Position numbers and translations under genes: made by a program | The notes under the pieces: generated by a model | What the model was told of the DNA's origin: nothing | What the model saw: the letters and a program-made list of their open reading frames with translations, nothing else | Database searches by the model: none | Assembly: GCA_047495785.1 (NCBI GenBank) | Contig: JBLDXI010000056.1 | Span: 186,001-250,000 of the forward strand | Direction: 5' to 3' | From: Lepidodermella squamata | Taxonomy: Eukaryota > Animalia > Gastrotricha | DNA length: 64,000 nt | Shown: positions 54,848 through 64,000 of the stretch, piece by piece | How positions within the stretch are numbered: the first letter of the stretch is position 1 | How the letters are laid out: the number at the start of each line of letters is the position of its first letter

Positions 54848-55632
54848 TGGTGCTTTCACAAATGCGTCCGACGTGCGCCCGACGTTTTCGGCGCCCGAAG
54901 TTTCGTAATAGGCACCCGAAGTAGCGTAATAGTTGTCCGACGTTTAGATTTCCTTTCACAAACGCGCGCACTTCGGCTCGCGCGCCCGAAGTTTAAACAA
55001 TAGCGCGTCCGACGCGGCGCGCGCACGCACAACAAAGAACGTCGGATCGGAGACCCCCAAAACTACCGTCCGAAGTGCGTCCGAACCGAAGTTTGTAGCG
55101 CGCACTAGTATTACACGCGCACCAATAAACAATAGCGCGGGCGCGCGGCCATTTGACTGCTTGACTGGCTGTAAAACACTCAAGCCGTCTTGAATTACGA
55201 GTCAAGAAAATGAGTTCGAAATTAACCAATTAATCAATTTTTTTTTAAATTGCCGCGCACGCCGAAAATCTAAGGCCGGCGAAACCGGCAAGAAAAATTG
55301 ATGATATGCAAATCATGCGTCTTGATCACATAATTTTTCGATGAAATTTAGATTTTTATGATCCGCATCGCATTTCACATCTCAGTTGAATTCAGCATTT
55401 ACGCTGAAATAGAAATTTTTTGCCTGACCCCGGTACCTGGCCTGCCACGCGCGCTCAAGTGCGTGACACTCAGCAACTTCGGCGACTAAACAATAGAGAC
55501 TTCGGGCGCCCGACCGCGCGCGCGCGTCCGAAGTGCCACTGATAACGCTCTCCGACGTTTCGCTTCACTCTACCGAAGTTTGCGAGTTGCTAGCCGAAGT
55601 TTTTACCGTCGGACGCATTTGTGAAAGCACCA
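54848..55632. mobile_element. MITE, PIF/Harbinger-like
   Basis: Perfect 26-bp TIRs (tggtgctttcacaaatgcgtccgacg / cgtcggacgcatttgtgaaagcacca). Flanks are ATA and TTA (TWA-like, 1 mismatch). Internal repeated ccgaagt/cgtccga motifs; no ORF. Confidence 0.85.
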
Positions 55633-55832
55633 TTAGGATGACGTCAAGATGACGCATGGGCATTCGTGGAGAACGCGCGCATTCTTAGTCGCGACATGCA
55701 TCGATTCGCCGGGCGTGATGTAAATGTTGTTCTTGCCAAGCTAACCGAGTGTCGGAGGAGGACCGGTAGCAAGCTCCCTATCCTAATCGCAAAACTCACC
55801 TTTAATCCGATAATTCAATTTCCCCAAAATAG

Positions 55833-56111
55833 TTATGAATTTTTGTCGCTAAACGTAGTTCTATCCAGTGCCAGGTAGTCGGCCTCGTCTGAATTGGTAA
55901 TCCCTATTTTGTTCAAATGTTTTTTGATACAATCACAACAATCCACCTTAATTTGAGTCGCCGTCGAGGTCTGCTCCATTACCGCATCTGGCTTGCCAGC
56001 CTTACGGGGTCCATGCGGGCACGTGCCCATGTCAGCGAAATTGACGCCGAGCAATTTTGAATGTAAATTGTTCTGAGCCACAACTATTTCTAATGATTCT
56101 ATCCTGTGCAA
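55833..56111 (-). mobile_element. Degenerate 3' fragment of an RTE-like LINE ORF
   Basis: GPRKAGKP..DCIKKHLNKIGI..YLALDRTTF resembles the RTE C-terminal pattern (G.RP.GRP..W.D.IK.DL..LGI..LA.DR..W). Confidence 0.35.
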
Positions 56112-56483
56112 GTGTTATTACGCAAATAACGCAAATATAACCTACATCACATACATACTAGTCGCCTTGCATCCTCAGAAGCCAACATCCAACTTTCGCC
56201 GCCATGCCATGCATCGGATAAGGACAATAAAAAAGATTTTTCGTTTTTCGTTTCGCATGATAGTCGCATCCACAACGCCCTTCAAACATTTCATGTTTTC
56301 CTTAGTATAGAAGCCGTATAGAAGGGGCACTTATTAGAGCCGGATAAGAATTTCACTGGTGGAAAACGTCTACTACCATAAGCGTAAAACCGAATTTGCC
56401 CCAATTTTCTTACGTACCGAAAACGACAATAAACTGTTCATGGTGCCACATCTCATATGTGGAAGCATATATTGTTTGATCCC

Positions 56484-56758
56484 GGAATGGTTAACGATTT
56501 TTCTTCGCGGCTTACGTTTTCTTTGTGTGCCTGAACTCGTCCGTTTACAGCTTTTCCAAGGAAATTATCTATTCACCATTAGGGTATATTCTACCGATTC
56601 ACCACGAAATACGCATGTTGCAGGAATCGATCCAGGCAGACGAAGTAAATAAGCCAAGACATAATTTATTCTCTATTAATTATGTAACATTTCTGCCGCG
56701 AGGTGAAAAGCTTCGTCCTTAAGTCTTTCCTATATGCTAAGATCTTGAAGCCGGAATG
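56484..56758 (+). repeat. Duplicated non-coding block upstream of cassette A (diverged copy at ~59787-60131 upstream of cassette B)
   Basis: Collinear shared words: ggaatggttaa, tcgtccgtt, aaattatc(t/c)attcacca(t/g)tagggta, acgcatg(t/g)tgcaggaa, ctattaattatgta, ttctgccgcgagg, ctaag(a/t)tcttga. Confidence 0.8.
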
Positions 56759-57667
56759 AGCGCACAAGTGTGAGGACATTGAGACCGGCACCGGGAGAAG
56801 AAATGCCTGGCGAGATTTGTGAACAATTCTCATCTCGAAAATGCTATTTTCTCATCTTCATGGATCTAAGACTCTTGATTCCTGAAAAAGCATTGTACGG
56901 TTATCAGAAATTTTTTGCTTCGCCTAATTAGCAAAGATCACTCAACAAATTCAAAAAGCTATTTCACATCGCGGTTGGTGGATGTCAAGATGTATTTTAG
57001 GAGAAATTGCAGAGTTGAATCGGAGGTTAATTACGAACGCTGGCTGTATCATCAAATATCGATTAGCACGTCCACTCGACCTATATTTTTGGTGCAATGT
57101 TATTTCCGCTCACAACAGGTGTAAAGTCGAATGCTAGACGCTTTACAAAGTCTGACTCAGAGCTTGGCAAAAACAAAAGCTGTCATAGAGCTTGCAATTT
57201 TATTTTAAGGTAATATTTACTGGAGGCGCAACAATGCATTGTTTCAAACAAAGGGAACAAAATTTTCCTCATGAAGTAACGATATGCCGCGTCGCAGGTG
57301 ACTTGTGAGCTGAATTATTCATGCATTAACAGCAACTTTGCCCTACATTTCTTTTTGGCAATCTGATGTAAGTTTTCAGCGGTTGATAATATCTATAACA
57401 CAATATTCACGATGCGTGATTCAAAACTGGCGGGAGATTGGGGATATATATTCGCAGAAATAGGGTCAGGTTTTGGCGATATGTCAGTTCAATTTCTAAG
57501 ACTACAAGCTTGTAAACCCTGGATTGCGCTGAAGAAAGGTTAGACAATTGACGCATTATCAAAGGGATTACTTATATAGTCAATCGATACCCCCTAACCA
57601 CTCGGTCCGTTGTTAGGCGTTATAGTATCTGCCCCTCTTTTTGAGAAAGTGTGCGTGTTTTACCATC

Positions 57668-57707
57668 GCTATGGACGGGTATAAATATGACTTTCTGAAG
57701 AATTGAC
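57668..57707 (+). promoter_or_regulatory. Putative TATA core promoter of cassette A
   Basis: gggTATAAATAtgactttctgaagaattgac, ~125 nt upstream of ATG 57804; conserved with 60782-60822. Confidence 0.6.
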
Positions 57708-57803
57708 ACGATGAATAATGTATGTTGACAGGAACAGGAGTATAAATGAAAAAATAAGTGCTCCCTGCCAAGTTTTCGTCGCGTGAAGTTTAATAGTTAA
57801 ACA

Positions 57804-58051
57804 ATGCAGCTGCTGGGGCTTTTCCTAAATGTAGGGATCCTGAGTGGCCTTTTCCTTGGCGGTGAGATTATTTGCAAATTTTTCCCTGCGTGATTTACAC
57901 TCTGCATCAATAGCTGTGGCTCCGGTGCCTCCTACACCACCTAACTGTGGCGGTGAAGGCCAACGCGCTGGCTGCTCAGACCACGGTACTTGCAGTCTTC
58001 CGAATACGTGCAATTGTGACAATGGATGGGGTGGAAAAAATTGTGAAAATC
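57804..58051 (+). CDS. Cassette A: 58-nt leader exon (57804-57861) plus variable first-EGF exon (57914-58051)
   Basis: MQLLGLFLNVGILSGLFLG|AVAPVPPTPPNCGGEGQRAGCSDHGTCSLPNTCNCDNGWGGKNCEN; 52-nt GT-AG intron; ends in a phase-1 gtgagt donor. Confidence 0.8.
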
Positions 58052-59786
58052 GTGAGTTTTAATAGATGCTAAGCCATACTAAGTTAAGCCCATAAGATAG
58101 TGACGAGGTGATTCTATCTAATACCGCCTCGAATCCTCAAATGAAGAAATAAGCGCTATCTTCCGCATAATGAAAGTGGCAGTAATAGCGTATGAGTGGT
58201 ATTATCACTGCCACCGTATCTGTATGATGACTGATGGGTATGGGGTATAGGGTGCCTGGATGCTCCAATCAGTCGAGACGAGCCAACCTTATGACTAATG
58301 ATAAAACTCGGCCATACACTTGAATCACGCGTTTTTCACGACGAAGAACCCAGCACTTGATTAATTCGATCGTGGCTTTGAACGGTGAGCATAGACAATA
58401 ATATAAACAGTCGAGCTACGCCTAAATTTTACTTAACCTATAGAGAAAAATGAGACCTATAGATTTCATTTTTTTCTCTATGATTTCACCATGCAAATAG
58501 CGATTTGGAAGAGAAATAAATTGCGCGCGCATCAGCGAATCAGCGCTCGCTTGCAAATGACTCATTTTCATTCCGTGGTGCCGAGGTCCGAGTGATTTTC
58601 TACACTCTAGTACACACAAAGGGAACAGTGGTTTTGTAATACTGCTCTGGAGAGAGTGGGCATTCAAATGCCCATGGCAAAGCTTGGTCAGCTCGATCAA
58701 CATCAGGGCCCAATTTCGACCCATGAGCAGCATTCGCCCGGGATTTTAAGAAAATGCAACCTTGGGTTTGCTGCGAATCTCATTTTTCTGCGTTGGTAGG
58801 AATTTCACGCGATTTTATTTTCGGCTTTTCCACACATTTCCGCCTTTGCTAGTTTGTTAGCTCCCTGACGTCACGTGTTGATCGGTGCCTACATGCGGGT
58901 ACCCGAAATAGAGCCATTGTTGTAAATGCCGCAAATGCGCCGATGATCGGCGAGGATGGTTCTCACGACAGGGTCAATAGGTGGTTAACGAAATCCCGGA
59001 AAAAATCTCAAAGTTAGCTAGCCCATAGCAAACACCGGTACCACGCGTTGTTACATATTTTGGTAGGGGAACACTCATGGACATACTTTTGGCCACGCCG
59101 ACGACGATTTGTATATCTTTTTCTTCCTAGTCTTCCCCATTGTGCTTCATGGGTCATGCAATACATAGAATAGTCATAGAATACAACGCGTGATAACTTT
59201 AGGAACGGTTACTCGCGGAACGAAATGATAATCGGAATATAGGACCAGCATCGTTTAACTTGAAAATTCGGGAGTTGGGGAAAATTCGCTTAAGAAATTG
59301 CGAAAGCGTCGAAAATTCGACAATCTGCGCAATTCGGAAGTCATGAACGATAACCATGAAACGCCCGTACTTTTTCTCCTATTAATCCTTTCTGTATATT
59401 TTCCGTACATCTATTATCATCTATATCTAAAAGTACGAAACGATTGCAATATGCCGTTCTGATCAATTGAACATAAATTCTCAGTATCATAATGGACTAC
59501 TCCAAAACAGCCGAAGAAAAACGAAAGAGACCCAAACAACCAAAAAAATTCTATTATATTCTAGTTGCGCAGCAACCGTAAAGTTTGGCTGTTTCAGTGT
59601 CTTTTGTTTCGGAGAAGCCCTGTCGTAACTATCGCACGTGAAAGCATTTTATATTTGGCGTCTGACTGTGCCGTCATTCTCAACGATTATGCACCTGGAT
59701 GACTTCTAGCAGGCTGTCTGAGGCTGTCTGAGTATATAATGGGAGTCCACCGCTACGCTGGGCGCATTTAGTTATTTATGATCAAC

Positions 59787-60131
59787 GGAATGGTTAAAAA
59801 TTAACGTTTTGCCTTTAGCATACATTATGCCCAATTCGTCCGTTCAGCATTGTTCGCTGTCGCTAGGTGGTCCATGCTCCATGCTCCAGTTTAGCGACAT
59901 CACACAATGATCTGCTATACCACGCTCAAATTATCCATTCACCAGTAGGGTATTCTAGCGATAACGCATGGTGCAGGAAAATCGACCCTGGCGGCTTAAA
60001 CCCAGACACGGTAAACACGCCGGTGCAACATTTCTTTCCTATTAATTATGTATGTTTTCTGCCGCGAGGCATGAAGCTTAGTCATTGGTTAGTTATTGTT
60101 CCTTGAAATCCTAAGTTCTTGACGCCAAAAT
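59787..60131 (+). repeat. Second copy of the duplicated upstream block (cassette B)
   Basis: Collinear similarity to 56484-56758. Confidence 0.8.
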
Positions 60132-60781
60132 GATTCCCAGGCAATAGAAGTCTTTAAGCTAAATTGTACTCGCAAACGTTGTTTCGAAATCGATGTCCAG
60201 GCACGTTAAAAATACTCGGTGTAGGGTAAATACGCAAATTTGGACAATAGAAGTCCTAGAGTTCGTTTGCGGCATAACGTTCTACTAGACGGCTATATTT
60301 CCCAGAGCGCAAAAAAATGAAAATAAATGACAAGAAAGTGATGCAAGGCCGTGTTGTTGGCAAGCTGAATGATTCATGTATCAACGTTACGTTTGTACTG
60401 TATTTCTGTGACGTCTTGATGTGTTCTTTCACGGGTTGATATTTCAGCTAAGGCGACGCAGCATCAAATCTAGCGAATGTTAGGCCTCGTTAACAAACAA
60501 ATAGGGTCTACAACATCCATTATAATTCCCAACTAGAACGCCCGAGATTAGAGGAAATTTGATAACAGCCGGGGTTTGCTTTCATGATATAAAAGATACT
60601 CGGATGAAAATAAAAGATTATTGTTCCTGATTCCTGAGATGTGAGATGGTTTGAACTTTTGAAACTGTTTGAGAAGGTTGAAAGTGCAATGAATTATCGA
60701 TGGGATATTCAGTCGATACCTTCTTACTGCTCGGTCCGTTTTTTAGTCCTTTTTAGAACATGGCATGCTTATTTTTCCATT

Positions 60782-60822
60782 GCTAAGACCGGGTATAAAA
60801 ATGGAATTTCTGAAGAATTGAC
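60782..60822 (+). promoter_or_regulatory. Putative TATA core promoter of cassette B
   Basis: gggTATAAAAAtggaatttctgaagaattgac, ~140 nt upstream of ATG 60935; paralogous to 57668-57707. Confidence 0.6.
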
Positions 60823-60934
60823 GTAGACGCGATTAATTATGCATTTCGCCGAAAATAGCTTCATGTACGAACCGAACGGAAGTTAGGTGCTCCTAGAAAA
60901 GTTTTCTTTCAATAAAAAATAGCACTATCGAAAG

Positions 60935-61164
60935 ATGCACCGGACGGTGCTTATCCTACTGATATGTTGCTTGAGCGAGTTTTTCTCGATGGGTGAGATT
61001 ATCTTTGATTTACGCATGTTTGGAACATTGAAGGTCTTCTGTCATAACAGCTCTAGCTGGCTGTGGAGGCCCAGGCACTCGCGATGGCTGCTCGTACCAC
61101 GGAAGTTGCAATCCTCCATCTTGTAGTTGTGATAATGGATGGGGTGGGCCAACTTGCGCAACTC
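60935..61164 (+). CDS. Cassette B: 58-nt leader exon (60935-60992) plus variable first-EGF exon (61051-61164)
   Basis: MHRTVLILLICCLSEFFSM|ALAGCGGPGTRDGCSYHGSCNPPSCSCDNGWGGPTCAT; 58-nt GT-AG intron; ends in a phase-1 gtaagt donor. Confidence 0.82.
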
Positions 61165-63070
61165 GTAAGTAATGACAAGTCGCTCCAAGTTGACCCGTGG
61201 TTCTATCCAATTGGTGATTGATCGTTTCATCCATCGCCGAATACATAGGCTTCCTCATCAACATTTTATTTGTGATTTAGGGCAGGCCACTTACACTAAC
61301 CCGATCAGTTGTCATATTGCGTACTCTTTTTGTTATTTATGAAGTATTAAGGTTTCTTTGCAGGACTTGCAGGAGGCAGGCGTCTGGTACGATCATATCT
61401 TGGGGTTTAGCTGCTCCGAAGGGTCCCCCAAAAACCAGAAGGCTTCAAAGCAGGGTAAGCGCACTACGCACTAAACAGTCCTCCCAGTGTGCGCTCAGGT
61501 TTAGCCTCTGATTTTCAATCAATGGACTAACATGATGGTCAGCTATTCTAGCTTTTCACACCAAAAATTGAGGAACGTAAGTCATGTAGCTCAGACCTCA
61601 ATTTGGTCAAAGAAGTTGTATTTCGAAAATTTTCCAAAATTCATAAGCCTGGCTCTTAAAGGTTTGATGAGGCTATATTCAGAAAATTACGCGGATTTAT
61701 ATCGTAATTAATTCGATTTATTGTTGCGTGGCGTTTGCACCGCTTTTTTGGGTTTATCCTGATTTGAAGCCTTCTGCTTTGTGGAGGACCCGGTCGAAAA
61801 ATCGTAAAACTTGTCAGGTCCTCCTGCGTGAGTTGGAGTTGAGACTAATCCTCGTTTCACGAATAAAACCGTGAAACCTGCTGCTACTAGAGTTTCTAAG
61901 CGGATAGTTCCCGAGGAAATGATCAGACGTAGGCATGCTCCCTCACAGTTATCCCGCGGTGAATATGAGAAAATCCGAAATTCAGAATGGTTCGCGATGT
62001 AAGAGGCAGGATATGATTTTTGAAAGTTGTTATCATTCGCCATCTTGAAAATTAGTTTGTGACCTGGTACTTAGCGCCCGCTCATAGCACAATGATCAGC
62101 TATGGCTCATAATATTTAGTCGAGAGTCCCAGCAAATTCCAAAGAATGTCGGCTCGAGGGAAAATTCCGCGAACTGACGAAATGGCAAGCAAAAAATTGC
62201 AAGCAGCCAAAATGTATGGGGCAGAATGTTACTAGCGATATCACTGGGTGATCAACTGATTTTACTCCGAGAGCAAAAATTCATTGAATTCACTAAAATG
62301 GAGGGCGCTATTCTGGAAGCTGGTAAAAGTTACCAGTCACAAATTTAACAGTTACCATTTTCAGGGACAAGCCTGGGCTAATTTGGAAAGGGGTTTCATT
62401 GTCTTAAAAATGGTATTTTATAGCTCTAAATAAATACAGCGCCTCCCTGCAACTATACACCATTTTACTGCAAGGAAAGAAAAATGTTCTTAAGCATAGT
62501 GCATTGAAAGAACCAGAGAACAAGTAAGAGTAACTTGAAATATCACCCCCGATCACTTAGATTTGCCACTTGTATCGCAACTACTAGCACAGCAATACCT
62601 TTTTCTATTAGGCGTGCCAGAGTTACGCACGCGGCCGGTCCTGCGCGCGCAAAAAATATTCTTTCTAGCTAGCGAATAATAAAAAATTACGTATAAAGCA
62701 CTTATTTCGAGAGTTTTTTCGAGGAATTTTGATTTTCTGCGAAGTTCGAGTTAGAACTTGGTCAACATAGGTATGTCGTTTCATAACAAAACTCGTTCTA
62801 TAACGTCTTGAAATGAATTTTTTGCGCGTCAGGGATTAGTCGGCTAAAACATTCATAAAACTGCGAGGTTATGCCAATGATGTAAAAATGTAGCGACTTA
62901 GAGATCAAAATTTTAGTTATTTGCACTGTAAATATCGCCGAAAGTAGCCTGAAAATTATAGAAAACCAGATTTACCTTGCTATATGAAAAGCCTATCGAA
63001 GTGATGAAATGGCTAGTCAGATGTAGCTAGCTTGAGGATTTAGAAATTTTAATAAGGATTCTTGTTGTAG

Positions 63071-63964
63071 CCACATGCGGTCCACTTGGTTCACGCACTG
63101 GCTGTTCCAACCACGGTGCTTGTTCTGTTACTGGCTGTACTTGCGATGCTGGATGGACTGGTTTCGACTGCTCTACAAGTGGGAACAGCACCCGTAGCTT
63201 CAAAATTTTTAAAAATTCGTAAAATTCCTGTTTCAGGTCAGTGCCCAAGTAACTTTTGCCAAAACGGCGGCACGTGTAATGGCGTTAACACTTGCCAATG
63301 CCCCTGGGGCTGGCTAGGTGCTGACTGCTCAACAGGTAAGAACCTGTCTCATCTCAGCATATACCGCAGTTGACTTGTTATTTTAATAGCATTCTGCAGC
63401 AATGATTGCTCTTTTCGTGGTACCTGTACGGCTCCTAACACTTGCACGTGCTACCCTGGATGGTCGGGCGCTGGCTATGGCTGCACATCACGTAATATAT
63501 CTTAGTATTTTCTCTGAATCCAATTTGGAAAACTTCAATTTCAAAATGCTAAAAGCAACCTGTACGGGCAATTGCAACGGACACGGTAACTGTGTATCGG
63601 CAGAGACATGCAGTTGCTGGAGTGGTTGGACTGGGCCGTTCTGTGAATACCGTAAGCTATCGCAAATCCCCACTATCATGACGCTGATATTGAGCTTTAA
63701 AAACAGCTATTTGCCAGTATGGCTGCTTAAATGGCGGTACGTGCTCGTCGCCTAACACGTGCTCATGCCCGAGTGGATATGTGCCAACTTATTCGGGAGC
63801 GAGTCCTGGATGCGAATTCGGTACCTAAATCCATCCATACTAAGAACCCAACTATAAATTCGATTTGGTAGGTTCATGCTGGTGTGCGAACGGCGGGACT
63901 TGCACAGCTCCGAACAATTGCACGTGTGCGCCTGGTTATGATGCTGGCGACAACTGCAACACAC
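63071..63964 (+). CDS. EGF-array exons of a tandem paralogue of the mosaic gene (continues past the window end)
   Basis: Phase 1-1 exons 63071-63178, 63237-63335, 63390-63491, 63556-63651, 63707-63820, 63872-63964. The last five match EGF exons 2-6 of the upstream gene in order (CPSNFCQNGG/CPTNFCKNGG; CYPGWSGAG/CYPGWSNAG; TCTGNCNGHG/TCTGDCNNHG; ICQYGCLNGG/ICQQGCLNGG). Confidence 0.9.
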
Positions 63965-64000
63965 GTAAGACGAAGGCAAAATGAAATTATGACATTGATA

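Noticed and set aside
54785-54850. Hydrophobic stretch (FFLVLSIVFGSFSIW) as the missing TM exon of the mosaic gene
   Set aside because: No in-frame phase-1 acceptor leads into it; it is T-rich non-coding sequence abutting the MITE.
61708-62043. 111-aa minus-strand ORF between cassette B and the EGF array
   Set aside because: No recognisable motif or splice context.
62158-62168. kappaB-like site GGGAAAATTCC
   Set aside because: Single occurrence, and similar words are frequent in this genome's AT-rich DNA.

Overview
Eukaryotic genomic DNA from an invertebrate metazoan (spliceosomal GT-AG introns, CpG not depleted); the taxon cannot be assigned from the sequence alone. The left half (1-35.5 kb) holds housekeeping genes with AT-rich introns: a FARP1/2 (CDEP)-type FERM-RhoGEF-PH gene (minus strand, runs off the window start, with a probable alternative terminal exon), SEC62, an atypical SRSF4/5/6-like SR protein, a 5'-truncated LINE, and GIGYF with a CUB-like antisense remnant in one intron. 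The right half (36-64 kb) is a compact immune/recognition-like locus. It contains a non-autonomous Transib-like element with asymmetric CAC-type TIRs and an intact ~50-exon, ~3,800-aa secreted mosaic gene (signal peptide, 16 EGF, ~8 C-type lectin, 3 F5/8C, 4 fibrinogen, PAN, ~4 CCP). It also contains a Harbinger-like MITE and the 5' part of a tandem paralogue. The main candidate novel system lies at the front of that paralogue: tandemly duplicated [TATA promoter + 58-nt leader exon + variable first-EGF exon] cassettes, each ending in a phase-1 donor compatible with one shared downstream EGF array. This architecture resembles clustered protocadherins and chelicerate sDscam. All exon structures were traced by eye from splice signals and reading-frame phase and have no transcript support.
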